Below are positions 49,529 through 61,953 of a stretch of DNA of 64,000 bases, piece after piece (the first letter of the stretch is position 1; every line of letters starts with the position of its first letter). A program made the translations under genes and the position numbers. The notes under the pieces are model-generated. The model worked only from the letters and a program-made list of their open reading frames with translations. It did not search any database and was not told the origin of the DNA. The DNA is from Microlunatus sp. (GTDB lineage Bacteria; Actinomycetota; Actinomycetes; Propionibacteriales; Propionibacteriaceae). The DNA is taken from NCBI GenBank assembly GCA_035630075.1, contig DASQLI010000153.1, positions 2,242-66,241 of the forward strand, given 5' to 3'.

Positions 49529-50671
49529 ATGTCCGCACCTGCCCGCGAGGTCGCTCGCACCGGCCTGATCGCCCTCGTCGCCGCCCTGGTCACGCTGACC
49601 GGCTGGATCGTGACCCCGCCGGCGGAGGCCGCGGCACCCAGGCTGACTGTCACCAGGGTGGCAGGCAAGCTGTCGGTCCCCTGGGACGTGACCTGGGTCG
49701 GTTCGCTGCTGCTGTTCGACCAGCGAGCCGGTGGGATCTGGTCCAAGCGGGGGTCCGCGGCGCCGAGAAGGGTGTCGATGGCGCTGCCGAAGGTGTACGC
49801 GCACGGCGAGTCGGGAATGCTCGGCCTGGTCGCGGACCCCAAGGCGTCGACGAACAAGTACTTCTACACCTGCATCGCCGTCGCCAAGGCGAACGGGAGA
49901 GCGGACGACGTGCAGGTGTGGAAGTGGCGGCTCACCGCCGACACCCGGGCGGTCAAGGTCAAGGTGCTGCTCACGGGCATCCCGCTGAACTCGTCGGGCC
50001 GCCACTCCGGGTGCCGGCTACGGTTCCGCTCCTCGACCATGCTCTACATCGGCACCGGCGACGCAGCCACCGGAACCAACCCGCAGAACCTGCAGTCTCT
50101 GGGCGGCAAGGTGCTGCGGATCCGCAGCAGCGGCTCGGTGCCGAAGAGCAACCCGTTCTACTCCCGCCGTGGCAACGCGAAGTACGTGTGGACGTACGGG
50201 CACCGCAACGTCCAGGGGCTGGCGTTCCGATCGAGCAACGACCAGCTGTGGAGCGCCGAGCACGGTCCCACCCGGGACGACGAGGTGAACCGGATCCTGA
50301 AGGGCCGCAACTACGGCTGGTCACCGACACCCGGCTACAACGAGAAGCGCTCGATGTCCGACAGGTCGCGCTACAAGAAGGCGTACCGCGCCAAGTGGCG
50401 GTCCGGGTCCCCGACGGTCGCGACCAGCGGCGCGACGTTCCTGTCGGGCGCGCGCTGGAAGTCGTGGAACGGCCGCCTGGTCGTGGCGATGTTGAAGGGC
50501 AAGGGTGTGAAGCTGTTCACGGTCAGCAAGTCCGGCAAGATCACCGCGCAGCAGACCATCCTGAAGGGCTACGGACGGGTTCGCACGGTGCAGCAGGGTC
50601 CGGACGGCTCGCTCTACCTGACCACGTCGAACGGCGGCGACGACGCGATCTACAAGGTCACCCCGCGCTGA
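49529..50671 (+). CDS. Secreted glucose/sorbosone dehydrogenase-family beta-propeller (PQQ-dependent sugar dehydrogenase-like)
   Basis: Signal peptide; GESGMLG, HSGCRL.F, LGGKVLRI, YGHRNVQG, EHGP..DDEVN, NYGW. Confidence 0.87.
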   Translation: MSAPAREVARTGLIALVAALVTLTGWIVTPPAEAAAPRLTVTRVAGKLSVPWDVTWVGSLLLFDQRAGGIWSKRGSAAPRRVSMALPKVYAHGESGMLGLVADPKASTNKYFYTCIAVAKANGRADDVQVWKWRLTADTRAVKVKVLLTGIPLNSSGRHSGCRLRFRSSTMLYIGTGDAATGTNPQNLQSLGGKVLRIRSSGSVPKSNPFYSRRGNAKYVWTYGHRNVQGLAFRSSNDQLWSAEHGPTRDDEVNRILKGRNYGWSPTPGYNEKRSMSDRSRYKKAYRAKWRSGSPTVATSGATFLSGARWKSWNGRLVVAMLKGKGVKLFTVSKSGKITAQQTILKGYGRVRTVQQGPDGSLYLTTSNGGDDAIYKVTPR

Positions 50672-50690
50672 CCACCGTCCGGCGGCCGGC

Positions 50691-52478
50691 TCAGTCGAGT
50701 CGGGCGAAGTCCGGGCCGGTCTCCCCCAGCTTCTCGTCCAGCTTGGCGAACAGCGGCGACGGCTTGGCCAGCGGCTTGCCCGGTTCGATGGGCGTCGACT
50801 CCCAGCGGGCCTGCTCGCCGGCGTAGTCGCCCATCAGCACCGGGTAATCCGGGCCGTCCTCCTCCGAGACGGTACGGATCTCCGGCTGCGCGGCCCATAC
50901 GCCATCACCGCCGAGGGCTTCGTGCACCTTCTGGGCGGAGTGCGGCAGAAACGGCGTCAGCAGCGTGTTGGCGTCGGAGACCACCTGCAACGCGGTGTGC
51001 AGCACCGTGTCCCGCCGAGCCGGGTCGTCTTTCAGCTTCCATGGCTCGTTGTCGGAGATGTACTTGTTGGCTGAGCCGACGACCCGCATCGCCTCGCCGA
51101 TGGCCTGCTTGAACCGGTTCCGCCGCAGCAGCGCGCCCACGGTGTCGAAGGCCTGCTTCGACGCGCCCAGCAGGGCGTGGTCGACGTCGCGCAGATCCAG
51201 CGCCTCGGGGATGGCGCCGACACCTCTGTGCGCCATCGACACCGAGCGGTTGACCAGGTTGCCCCACTCGTTGGCCAGCTCGAAGTTGTTGCGACGGACG
51301 AACTCGTCCCAGGTGAAGTCGGTGTCCTGGTTCTCCGGCCCGGCCACGGAGATGAAGTAGCGCAGCGCGTCCGGCCCGAACTCACGGACGAAGTCACCGA
51401 CGTAGATCACCTGGCCGCGCGAGGTGGAGAACTTCGAGCCGCTCATCGTCAGGAACTCGCTGGAGACGATCTCGTCCGGCAACGCGAGCTCGCCGAGCGG
51501 ACCGACCTGGCCGCCGTGATCACCCTGGCCGTTGTGACCCAGCAGGATGCCCGGCCAGATGACGGTGTGGAAGACGATGTTGTCCTTGCCCATGAAGTAG
51601 TAGCCGAGGGCCTCCGGATCCTCCCACCACTGTCGCCAAGCCTCCGGGTCACCGGTCCGCCGGGCCCACTCGACCGAGGCCGACAGGTAGCCGATCACCG
51701 CGTCGAACCAGACGTACAGGCGCTTCATCGGCTGATCCCGCCAGCCGTCCACCGGCACGGGCACCCCCCAGTCGAGGTCGCGGGTGATCGCCCGAGGCTT
51801 CAGACCCTCCAACAGGTTCTGGCTGAACTTGAGCACGTTCGGCCGCCAGTCGGTCCGCTCAGACAGCCACTTCCCGAGCGATCCGGACAGCGCCGGCAGA
51901 TCGAGGAAGAAGTGCTCGGTCTCGATGAACTTCGGCGCCTCACCGTTGATCCGGCTCCGAGGATTGATCAGGTCCGTCGGATCGAGCTGGTTGCCGCAGT
52001 TGTCGCACTGGTCACCGCGGGCGCCGTCGTAGCCACAGATCGGGCAGGTGCCCTCGATGTAGCGGTCCGGCAAGGTCCGGCCGGTCGACGGCGACACCGC
52101 CCCGAAGGCCCGCTTCGCCACCACGTAGCCGTTGTCGTACAGGCCCTTGAAGACGTCCTGCACCACCCGGTAGTGGTTCCGGGTGGTGGTGCGAGTGAAC
52201 AGGTCGTAGGACAGCCCGAGCCCCTGCAGGTCCTCGGCGATGACCCGGTTGTACTTGTCCGCGGTCTCCCGGTTGCTGAGTCCCTCGCGCTCGGCCTGGA
52301 CCAGGATCGGGGTGCCGTGCTCGTCGGTGCCGGAGACCATCAGCACGTCATGGCCGCTCATCCGCATGTACCGGGAGAAGACGTCGGAAGGGACACCGAA
52401 TCCGGAGACGTGACCGATGTGGCGCGGGCCGTTGGCGTACGGCCACGCGACGGCGGTCAACACGCGTGAACTGCTCAT
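50691..52478 (-). CDS. metG: Methionine--tRNA ligase
   Basis: [13 protein letters not shown], Zn-knuckle CPIC/CDNC, YVWFDA, KFSTS. Confidence 0.96.
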   Translation of the reverse strand: MSSSRVLTAVAWPYANGPRHIGHVSGFGVPSDVFSRYMRMSGHDVLMVSGTDEHGTPILVQAEREGLSNRETADKYNRVIAEDLQGLGLSYDLFTRTTTRNHYRVVQDVFKGLYDNGYVVAKRAFGAVSPSTGRTLPDRYIEGTCPICGYDGARGDQCDNCGNQLDPTDLINPRSRINGEAPKFIETEHFFLDLPALSGSLGKWLSERTDWRPNVLKFSQNLLEGLKPRAITRDLDWGVPVPVDGWRDQPMKRLYVWFDAVIGYLSASVEWARRTGDPEAWRQWWEDPEALGYYFMGKDNIVFHTVIWPGILLGHNGQGDHGGQVGPLGELALPDEIVSSEFLTMSGSKFSTSRGQVIYVGDFVREFGPDALRYFISVAGPENQDTDFTWDEFVRRNNFELANEWGNLVNRSVSMAHRGVGAIPEALDLRDVDHALLGASKQAFDTVGALLRRNRFKQAIGEAMRVVGSANKYISDNEPWKLKDDPARRDTVLHTALQVVSDANTLLTPFLPHSAQKVHEALGGDGVWAAQPEIRTVSEEDGPDYPVLMGDYAGEQARWESTPIEPGKPLAKPSPLFAKLDEKLGETGPDFARLD

Positions 52479-52520
52479 GCTCCCACCCTAGTGGGGCACG
52501 TCGCTGGGCCCTGCCGGGTT

Positions 52521-53345
52521 TCAGCCGGGCTTGACGGCTTGCAGCGTGTAGGTCAACGGCATCCGGTCCGGCCGTTCCGGCAGCCGGAACTCGCCGTCCT
52601 CGCCCGCCACCATGTCCGGCATCGCCTGCCACGGCACGCTGCGGTGCTCCTCGAAGCCGGTGATCGTCAAACCTGCCTCGAGCACCGCGGTGAGGATCTC
52701 TCCGATCCCGTGGTTCCACTCCGCCGAGCGGGTGTTCGCGAACTCGGTCTCGGTGCTCACGTACGTTCCCGGCTCGTCCCAGATGGTCGGCTCGGTGCGC
52801 TCGAAGTAGGGGAAGTCGACCACCAGCGAGCCGTCCAGCCGGTCCAGGTCGGTCGCCCACAGCACCGGATGCCCCTCCCGGATGAAGAACCGGCCACCGG
52901 GCTTCAGCAGCCCGGCGATCACCCGTGCCCAACGCGCCACATCCGGCAGCCAGCACAGCACACCGATGCCGGTGTAGACGAAGTCGTACGCCTGTGCGCC
53001 GAGCACCTCGACCGCGTCGTAGACGTCGGCGACGTGGTAGTCGATCGGCGTGCCGGTGCTCTCGGCCAGGCTGCGCGCCAGCTGGACGGAAGCCTCGGAG
53101 AAGTCCAAGCCCGACATGGTGGCGCCCAACCGGGCGAGTGACAGCGTGTCGGTGCCGATGTGACACTGCAGGTGAGCCCCGCGCAGACCGGCCAGGTCAC
53201 CGAGGCGGGGCCGGTCGAACCGGACCACGTCGGACAGGTGCTCCCGGTCGGCGACGTAGCGCTCCACGCCGTAGTCCGGGGACGCGGCGTGCGCAGGGGC
53301 GCGCTCGTCCCACATGGCCCGGTTCAGCGCGAGGTACTCATCCAC
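52521..53345 (-). CDS. Class I SAM-dependent methyltransferase
   Basis: LNRAMWDER, HLQCHIGTDTL, GLDFS, WLPD. Confidence 0.88.
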   Translation of the reverse strand: MDEYLALNRAMWDERAPAHAASPDYGVERYVADREHLSDVVRFDRPRLGDLAGLRGAHLQCHIGTDTLSLARLGATMSGLDFSEASVQLARSLAESTGTPIDYHVADVYDAVEVLGAQAYDFVYTGIGVLCWLPDVARWARVIAGLLKPGGRFFIREGHPVLWATDLDRLDGSLVVDFPYFERTEPTIWDEPGTYVSTETEFANTRSAEWNHGIGEILTAVLEAGLTITGFEEHRSVPWQAMPDMVAGEDGEFRLPERPDRMPLTYTLQAVKPG

Positions 53346-53364
53346 GTCCCGACCCTAGACGTCT

Positions 53365-53470
53365 GCTGAGCTCCTCGCAGCGCACCTCTCGCCCTTCGAC
53401 AGGGTTCTCCTAGCATGCCGAAGGGCTCAGGGCACGTTCTGGTCCGTGTGCTGAGCTTGTCGAAGCGCAC
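53365..53470. repeat. Cluster of REP-like palindromic repeats
   Basis: Degenerate GCTGAGCTCCTCGCAGCGCAC, nested CCCTTCGACAGG...GGGCTCAGGG, and GCTGAGCTTGTCGAAGCGCAC. Confidence 0.78.
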
Positions 53471-53476
53471 TCTCGC

Positions 53477-54961
53477 TCACAGCAGCGGGCTGACCAGCCG
53501 CGAGACGCTCTCCTTCATCGCCCACAGGTACCGGTTACCGAAGGCTGCCCGGCGATCGAAGGGCGTGCACAGGGTCAGATCGTCCAGGTAGATGTCGCGC
53601 AGCCGGTCACCGAGATCGGCGTCGAAGAAGAACGCGTTCACCTCGAAGTTCAGCCGGAAGCTGCGGTAGTCCATGTTGGCCGTGCCCACCGATCCCATCT
53701 CGTGGTCCACCAGCACGGTCTTGGCGTGCAGGAAGCCGTTGCGGTAGATGAACACCCGGGCACCCGCCTGGGCCAGCTCGTCGGCGTAGCTGAGGGTCGC
53801 CGGGTAGACCAGCAGGTGATCCGGCTTGTCCGGGATCATCAGCCGGACGTCCACCCCGGACCGGGCGGCGATCTTGAGTGCATCCAGGACGGCGAAGTCC
53901 GGCATGAAGTACGGCGACTGGATCCACACCGAGCGACGCGCCGAGTCGATCATCTTGATGTAGCCGAACTTGATCCGCTCCCAGTCGGAGTCCGGTCCGC
54001 TGGAGACGATCTGCAAGGCGACCCGGCCCGGCGCATCGGTCGGCTCCACGAAGTAGCCATCGCGCCAGGTGACGCGGTCGGCCGGAGCCGCTGCCGCGTT
54101 CCAGTCGGTGAGCAGTCGGGTCTGGATGCCCGCGACCGCGCTGCCGGTGAGCCGCAGGTGGGTGTCGCGCCAGTACCCGAACCTGGGCTTCTCTCCCAGG
54201 TACTCGTCACCCACGTTGAAGCCGCCGATGTAGCCGATCGTCCCGTCCACCACCACGAGCTTGCGGTGGGTCCGGTTGTTCACCCGCAGGTTGATCAACG
54301 GCACCCGGTTCTGGAAGAAGACGGCCACCTTGCCACCGGCGGCCAGCAGCGGCGCCAGGTCCCGCTTGCCGACGTCGCGCCCACCCAGGGCGTCCCAGAA
54401 GATCAGCACCTCCACGCCGGCTCGAGCCCGCTCGGTGAGGGCGGCGAGGATCCGGGAGCCGAGCCGGTCGGCCCGGAAGATGTAGTAGTAGACGTGTACG
54501 TGGTCGGTGGCGGCGGCGATGTCGGCGAGCAGCCGGCCGAACTTCTCCCGGCCGTCGTGGAACACCTCGACCGCGTTGTCCTCGGTCAACCTGGCGCCGT
54601 CGTCGCTCACCAACAGCTCCACCACGTGGACGTTGCGGCGAGCGACCTCGTTCGCCGGGACCAGGGTGCCCGAGGTGAGGGCCCGGTTCTGCTCGTTGGT
54701 CAGCTCGTCGAAGTCGATCCCCGAGCCCTCCAGCTTGGCGAAGATCTTCTCCTTGCTGAGTCGGCGCCCGACGAAGACCCAGAGGCCGAAGCCGAGCAGC
54801 GGCACGAAGAACATCACCAGGATCCAGGCCCACAGCGAGCTCGGCTCGCGGCGCTCGCGGAACATGGTGATGATGGCGAGAATGATGTTGACGAACAGGA
54901 TCAGCGTGATCAGCGTGGTGGCGATGGAGGCGGCGTCGCCGAACAGCGACTGCCACGTCAC
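53477..54961 (-). CDS. cls: Cardiolipin synthase
   Basis: Two N-terminal TMs; two HKD motifs (THRKLVVVD, LHAKTVLVD); start 54961 or 54991. Confidence 0.93.
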   Translation of the reverse strand: MTWQSLFGDAASIATTLITLILFVNIILAIITMFRERREPSSLWAWILVMFFVPLLGFGLWVFVGRRLSKEKIFAKLEGSGIDFDELTNEQNRALTSGTLVPANEVARRNVHVVELLVSDDGARLTEDNAVEVFHDGREKFGRLLADIAAATDHVHVYYYIFRADRLGSRILAALTERARAGVEVLIFWDALGGRDVGKRDLAPLLAAGGKVAVFFQNRVPLINLRVNNRTHRKLVVVDGTIGYIGGFNVGDEYLGEKPRFGYWRDTHLRLTGSAVAGIQTRLLTDWNAAAAPADRVTWRDGYFVEPTDAPGRVALQIVSSGPDSDWERIKFGYIKMIDSARRSVWIQSPYFMPDFAVLDALKIAARSGVDVRLMIPDKPDHLLVYPATLSYADELAQAGARVFIYRNGFLHAKTVLVDHEMGSVGTANMDYRSFRLNFEVNAFFFDADLGDRLRDIYLDDLTLCTPFDRRAAFGNRYLWAMKESVSRLVSPLL

Positions 54962-54983
54962 CCGCTCGCTCCGCTCGACCAGC

Positions 54984-56069
54984 TCACCCAACTGCTCCCA
55001 GTGCCGCGAAGCCTGGTTTGATCACGTCCTCGATCAGCGCGAGCCGCACGTCGAACGGATAGAAGGCGCTCTTGGCCGCGTTGATCGTGAACCAGCGGAC
55101 GTCGTCCAGGGTGTAGTCGAACGCGTCGCAGAGCTCGGCGAACTCGTTGCTGAGGTTCGTACGGCTCATCAGCTGGTTGTCGCTGTTGACCGTGACTCGG
55201 AAACGCAGCTGACGCAGCAGCCCGATGGGGTGCTCGGCGATGGATGCCGCGGCACCGGTGTGCACGTTGGATGAGGGGCACATCTCCAGCGGGATCCGCT
55301 GATCACGGATGTAGCCGGCCAGGTCACCCAGCTTGGGCTTGCCGTCCGGTCCCAGGGTGATGTCGTCGATGATCCTGACGCCGTGGCCGAGCCGGTTCGC
55401 GCCGCAGATCTGGACGGCCTCCCAGATCGACGGCAGCCCGAACGCCTCGCCGGCGTGGATGGTGAAGAACGCGTTGTTGCGCTTCAGGTAGTCGAACGCG
55501 TCCAGATACCGGGTGGGCGGGTAGCCCGCCTCGGCGCCGGCGATGTCGAAGCCGGCGACGCCCTGGTCGCGGTAGGTGATCGCCAGGTCGGCGATCTCCC
55601 GGGACGGGCGGTTGTGGCGCATGGCGGTCAGCAGCTGCCGGACCACGATCTGGTGCCCCGAAGCCGCAGCGGCTGCCATCCCTTCGGACAGCCCGTCCCG
55701 CACCGCCTCCACCGCCTGGGCGGGAGTCAGCCCTGCCTCGACGTGCTGCTCGGGAGCCCACCGCGTCTCGCCGTAGACGACCCCGTCGGCGGCCAGGTCC
55801 TCGACGAACTCGCGGGCGACCCGGTGGAGGTTGTCCACACTCTGCATCACGGCGACGGTGTGCACGAAGGTCGACAGGTAGCGCTCGAGCGGCCCGGAGC
55901 TGGCGGCGTCGTGGATCCAGTCGGCCAGTCCGTCAGCGGTATCGGCCGGCAGCTCGTGCCCGATCTCGGCGGCCAGGTCGATGATCGTCTGCGGCCGCAG
56001 CCCGCCGTCCAGATGATCATGCAAGGACACCTTGGGGGCGGCGCGCAGGACGTCGGGCTCGACACTCAT
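54984..56069 (-). CDS. add: Adenosine deaminase
   Basis: [36 protein letters not shown]. Confidence 0.95.
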   Translation of the reverse strand: MSVEPDVLRAAPKVSLHDHLDGGLRPQTIIDLAAEIGHELPADTADGLADWIHDAASSGPLERYLSTFVHTVAVMQSVDNLHRVAREFVEDLAADGVVYGETRWAPEQHVEAGLTPAQAVEAVRDGLSEGMAAAAASGHQIVVRQLLTAMRHNRPSREIADLAITYRDQGVAGFDIAGAEAGYPPTRYLDAFDYLKRNNAFFTIHAGEAFGLPSIWEAVQICGANRLGHGVRIIDDITLGPDGKPKLGDLAGYIRDQRIPLEMCPSSNVHTGAAASIAEHPIGLLRQLRFRVTVNSDNQLMSRTNLSNEFAELCDAFDYTLDDVRWFTINAAKSAFYPFDVRLALIEDVIKPGFAALGAVG

Positions 56070-56479
56070 CGCGCTTCCTTCCGCACGTGCTCGAGATCGT
56101 CCGGTCCGAAGGCCAGCGGCAGTATCTCCTCCATCCGCCGGATCCCCTTCGGGGTGTCGATCAACAGGCTGGCGCCGCCATGCTCCCACAGCAGCTGCCG
56201 GCAGCGGCCACACGGCATCAACCGCTCCCCGAGCGCGTTGCTGCAGGTGAAGGCCACCAGTCGGCCGCCGCCACCGGCATGCAGCGCGGACACGAGTCCG
56301 CACTCGGCGCACAGCGTCACGCCGTACGCGGCGTTCTCGACGTTGCAGCCGACGATGATCCGGCCGTCGTCCACGATCGCCGCGGCTCCGACCGGGAACC
56401 TCGAGTACGGCGCGTAGGCGCGCTTGGTGATCGCGCGCGCGACCTTGCGTAGCCCCTCCCAATCGACATTTCCGGTCAC
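56066..56479 (-). CDS. cdd: Cytidine deaminase
   Basis: [30 protein letters not shown]. Confidence 0.95.
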   Translation of the reverse strand: MTGNVDWEGLRKVARAITKRAYAPYSRFPVGAAAIVDDGRIIVGCNVENAAYGVTLCAECGLVSALHAGGGGRLVAFTCSNALGERLMPCGRCRQLLWEHGGASLLIDTPKGIRRMEEILPLAFGPDDLEHVRKEAR

Positions 56480-56609
56480 GGGCGGAGCCTCTCGGGAGTG
56501 CAGGAGCGTTTCGTGCCGACATGCTTCTCGTCGGCGCGAAACGTGACGAACGAGCGAGATCTGCGGAGCTCCGTGACCGCGGAGCGCGGAGCGCGACCAT
56601 TCAACACTG

Positions 56610-57917
56610 CTAGCTCTTCTCGTACGGGATGCCGTCAGCGGCCGGCGCCCGGACCCGGCCCACCAGACCCGCGACGGCGATGATCGTCGCGACGTACGGC
56701 AGGATCAGCAGGAACTGGCTCGGCATCGGGGTGCTCAGCGTCTGCAGCTGGGAGGCCATCTGGGTGACGAACCCGAAGAACAGCGCCATCAACGCCGCCA
56801 GCCCCGGGTGCCAGCGACCCATGATCAACGCGGCCAGCGCGATGAACCCGTTGCCGACGGTGAACTCCTTGCTGAACGAGCCGGTCGAGGCGAGGGTGAA
56901 GAACGAGCCGCCGAGCCCACCGAGCACGCCGCCGGCCAGCACCGCGGACCAACGGACGCCGCGGACGCTGATGCCGACGGTGTCGGCCGCCTCCGGGTGC
57001 TCGCCGACCGAGCGGATCCGCAGTCCCCAGGTGGTCTTGAACAGCACCAGCCAGACCACCAGCACGGCGAACCCGGCCAGGTAGGCGAGGATGTTCTGGT
57101 CGAACAGCACGGTGCCGAAGAAGGGGATGTCGGACAGCAGTGGGACCGGGATCGACTCCAGCACCGGGGCGTTGTTGTACTCCGCGGACGCCGGCTGGAT
57201 GAGCTGGTCGAACAAGAACCCAGTGACGCCGACGGCCAGCAGGTTGAGCACGACGCCCAGCACCACCTGGTTCACCAGGTAGTTGATCGAGAACAACGCC
57301 AGCAGCGCCGCCATCGCCACCCCGGCCAGCACGGCCGCGATCATGGCCACCGTGATCGACTGGGTGACGCTTCCGGCCACTGCGGCCGCGAACGCCGCCG
57401 CCAGGAACTGTCCCTCGATGGAGACGTTGACCACGCCGGCGCGTTCGCAGAGCACACCGCAGAGGGCGCCGAACACCAGCGGAGTCGCCAGGGACAGCGT
57501 GCCGGCGAACTGGTTGCTGACCGGGAAAGGAAGATCACGGCCCGCGGCCGCCCAGGTGAGGAAGCCGACGACCAACGACAACCCGGCGATGCTGGCGGCC
57601 AGGGCGGGCAGCCGACCGGCCATCTTCCCGGACAGGAACCCGGCCGCCGCGGCCAGCAGCAGCAGCGCGCAGACCAGAACGGTCATGACGCCGGGCAGCG
57701 AGACCGTCGGGAGCTGCACCTCGTCGAAGGCATCGGACAAGGCGAACCGGGCCACGCCGGTCGTGGACGGCAGCAAGATCAGCAGCAGCACCCCCACCAC
57801 GCCGATGAGGATCCCGGTGGACAGCCGCTGCCGGCGCTTCTCCGCCGACTCGACGTACTGAACCTCGGTGATGGTCTCGCCGGGTTCTTTGCGCTCCGTC
57901 GTCACAGGCTTGCTCAT
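56610..57917 (-). CDS. Nucleoside ABC transporter permease
   Basis: ERAGVVNVSIEG, GLRIRSVGEHP.AADTVG, GFIALAA. Confidence 0.9.
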   Translation of the reverse strand: MSKPVTTERKEPGETITEVQYVESAEKRRQRLSTGILIGVVGVLLLILLPSTTGVARFALSDAFDEVQLPTVSLPGVMTVLVCALLLLAAAAGFLSGKMAGRLPALAASIAGLSLVVGFLTWAAAGRDLPFPVSNQFAGTLSLATPLVFGALCGVLCERAGVVNVSIEGQFLAAAFAAAVAGSVTQSITVAMIAAVLAGVAMAALLALFSINYLVNQVVLGVVLNLLAVGVTGFLFDQLIQPASAEYNNAPVLESIPVPLLSDIPFFGTVLFDQNILAYLAGFAVLVVWLVLFKTTWGLRIRSVGEHPEAADTVGISVRGVRWSAVLAGGVLGGLGGSFFTLASTGSFSKEFTVGNGFIALAALIMGRWHPGLAALMALFFGFVTQMASQLQTLSTPMPSQFLLILPYVATIIAVAGLVGRVRAPAADGIPYEKS

Positions 57918-57933
57918 GGGCGCAACCTCTCGC

Positions 57934-59098
<1,165 letters not shown>

Positions 59099-59106
<8 letters not shown>

Positions 59107-60730
59107 GGCCCACCTCCTGCTCGAAGCCGGCGTCCTCTTCGGCGGCGGTGGTGACCGATGCCGCGGCGAGCGCCTCCTCGGTGGGGATGCCGGCCATCAT
59201 CAGGCCGAGCACCTCCCGCGAGGTGTCCGGGGGCACGATCCCGATCAGCCGGCCGCGGTACATGACCGCGATCCGGTCCGCCAGCGAGACCACCTCATCC
59301 AGCTCGGTGGAGATGATCAGCACCGCGGTGCCCCGGTTGCGCTCGTCGACCAGCCGACGGTGCAGGAACTCGATCGCTCCCACGTCCACCCCGCGGGTGG
59401 GTTGGTTGGCGATCAACGCGGACAGCGGCCGGGACAGCTCGCGGGCCAGCACCACCTTCTGCTGGTTTCCGCCGGACAGCGAGGTCACGGGGTCGTCGAC
59501 GGACTGGGTGCGGATGTCGAACTCGGCGACGCGCTCCTCGGCGTTGCGTCGGATGGCGGCCAGGTCCAGCGCGGGCCCCTTGGCGTACGGCGGCTCGTCG
59601 AAGTGGTTGAGGACCAGGTTCTCCGCCACCGAGAAGGAACCGACGAAGCCGTCGTGCTTGCGGTCCTCGGGCACGAAGCCGAGGCCGTCGGCGATGCTCT
59701 GCTTGGGGGTGTGCTTGGTGACCGGACGGCCGTCGAGGGTCACCGTGCCTGAGGTGACCGGGATGAGACCGAGCAGCGCCTCGGCCAGCTCGGTCTGGCC
59801 GTTGCCCTGGACGCCCGCCACGCAGACGATCTCCCCGCCCGACACCGAGAGGTCGAGGCCCTCCACCACCAGCGCTCCCGCGCTGTTCGCTATCGATATC
59901 CCCTCGAGCACCAGCCGCGGCGCCTCGCTGACCAGCGGCGCCTCCTTCTGCACCGTCAGGCTGACGGCCCGGCCGACCATCAGCTCGGCGAGCTGACCCT
60001 CGGAGTCGCTGGGCTGGGCCGTGCCGACCACCTTCCCTCGCCGGATCACGGTGATCTTGTCGGCGATGGCCCGCACCTCGCGGAGCTTGTGGGTGATGAA
60101 CACGATGGCCTTGCCGTCGTCGCGCAGCGACCGCATCACGGTGATCAGCTCGTCGATCTCCTGCGGAGTGAGCACGGCGGTCGGCTCGTCGAAGATCAGG
60201 TACTTCGCGTCGTTGGCCAGCGCCTTCAAGATCTCGACCCGCTGCTGGACGCCGACCGGCAGGTCCTCGATCAACGCATCGGGATCCACCGCGAGTCGAT
60301 AACGGTCGGACAGCTCGCGTACGGCGCTGCGGGCGCGGCGCATGTTCAGCACCCCACCGGAGGCCTGCTCCCGCCCCAAGATCAGGTTCTCGGCCACCGT
60401 GAACACCTCCACCAGCATGAAGTGCTGGTGCACCATGCCGATCCCGGCGGCCATCGCCTCCTTCGGGTTGCGGGAGGTGTGCGGCCGACCGTCGACGGTG
60501 ATCGCGCCCTCGTCGGGCTGCAGCATCCCGTACAGGACGTTCATCAGGGTCGACTTGCCGGCGCCGTTCTCACCCAGCAGACAGTGGATCTCGCCCGGAC
60601 GGATGTCGAGGTCGATGTGGTCGTTCGCCACCAGGGACCCGAACCGCTTGGTGATCCCGCGGAGCTGCAGCCCCTCGACACTGAGCTCGGCGGCCGGCCC
60701 CGGACCCGACGGTTGGGGTTCGGCGGTCAC
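59099..60730 (-). CDS. Nucleoside/sugar ABC transporter ATP-binding protein (double ATPase)
   Basis: GENGAGKST, FDEPT, LSGGNQQK, QPTRGVDVG. Confidence 0.93.
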
Positions 60731-60780
60731 GGAGAAGTCCTCCTCATGGTGGCGATCCTTGCAGGAGACGGCCGGAATGG

Positions 60781-60816
60781 CGACGGAGGGAGACCCTGGC
60801 GGGTCTCCCTCCGTCG
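60781..60816 (-). terminator. Intercistronic 16-bp hairpin after the BMP gene
   Basis: CGACGGAGGGAGACCC-TGGC-GGGTCTCCCTCCGTCG perfect inverted repeat. Confidence 0.8.
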
Positions 60817-60825
60817 ATGTGCAAG

Positions 60826-61953
60826 TCAGGAGGACGGCTGCGACTTGGACTCGATCGTGATCTTGCCCGAGATGATGTCGGCCTTGATCGTGTCGAGCTC
60901 GGTCTTCAGCTCGGCCGGCACCTTGCCGTCGAACTCGTTGAACGGCGACAATCCGGTGCCTTCGTTCTCGAGCGTGCCGACGAACGGCTCGTTGGAGAAG
61001 CTGCCGTCCTGGGCGGCTTTGATCGCGTCGAACACGGCGACGTCCATGCCCTTGTAGACGCTGGAGACGATGTTGGCGCAGTAGTTCGGAGCGCTCACGC
61101 AGCCGTCGGTGTCGACCCAGATGGCGTTGACCTTGCCACCGCTGGCCTTGGCGGTCTGCAGCGCACCCTCACCGGCCGGACCGGCCACCGGCAAGATGAT
61201 GTCCGCGCCCTGGCTGACCAGGCCCTGGGCCGCGCGGCCGCCGCCCTTGACGTCCTCGAACGGCTTGTCGGACTGGACGAACGTGCCGTCCTGCTTGGCG
61301 GCGTTCCAGCCGAGGACACTGACGTTCTTGTTCTTCTGCTGGTTGTAGTAGGCCACGCCCTGGGCGTACCCGTCCATGAAGATCGTCACGGTGGGGATCT
61401 TCAGGCCGCCGAAAGTCCCGACCTTGCCGGTCTGGCTCATCCCGGCGGCGAGGTAGCCGGCCATGAAGCTGGACTGGGCGGTGTTGAAGACCAGCGGCTT
61501 CAGGTTGGTCACCGCCGGGTAAGTCTCGGGGTCGTTGTTGTCGACGATGGCGAACTTGATGTCGGGGTTCTTCTTGGCGGCAGCCAGGGTGTCGTCGCTG
61601 AGCAGGAAGCCGACGGTGACGATGATGTTGCAGTCGGCATCGACCATCGACTGTATGTTCTTGGCGAAGTCGGCGGTCGTCGCCGACTCGACCTCACCGG
61701 TCTGGATGCCCAGCTGGTCCTTGGCGTCGGTCAGGCCCTTGTACGAGGTCTGGTTGAACGACTTGTCGTCGAAGCCACCGGAGTCCGAGACCATGCAGGC
61801 CTTGAAGTCACCGGTCGCGCCGCTGGCGTTCCCGCTCGGGGCGGCGGACGAGCCCTCTCCCTCGGTGCCCGGCGCCTGCGCGCAACCGGCCAGGGCCAGC
61901 GTCGCTGCAGCAGCGGCGGCGCCCAGGCTCAGGAAACTCTTCTTCACTTCCAT
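60826..61953 (-). CDS. BMP family nucleoside-binding lipoprotein
   Basis: LAGC lipobox; SDSGGFDDKSFNQ, SFMAGYLAA, GADIILPVAG, WVDTD. Confidence 0.92.
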   Translation of the reverse strand: MEVKKSFLSLGAAAAAATLALAGCAQAPGTEGEGSSAAPSGNASGATGDFKACMVSDSGGFDDKSFNQTSYKGLTDAKDQLGIQTGEVESATTADFAKNIQSMVDADCNIIVTVGFLLSDDTLAAAKKNPDIKFAIVDNNDPETYPAVTNLKPLVFNTAQSSFMAGYLAAGMSQTGKVGTFGGLKIPTVTIFMDGYAQGVAYYNQQKNKNVSVLGWNAAKQDGTFVQSDKPFEDVKGGGRAAQGLVSQGADIILPVAGPAGEGALQTAKASGGKVNAIWVDTDGCVSAPNYCANIVSSVYKGMDVAVFDAIKAAQDGSFSNEPFVGTLENEGTGLSPFNEFDGKVPAELKTELDTIKADIISGKITIESKSQPSS

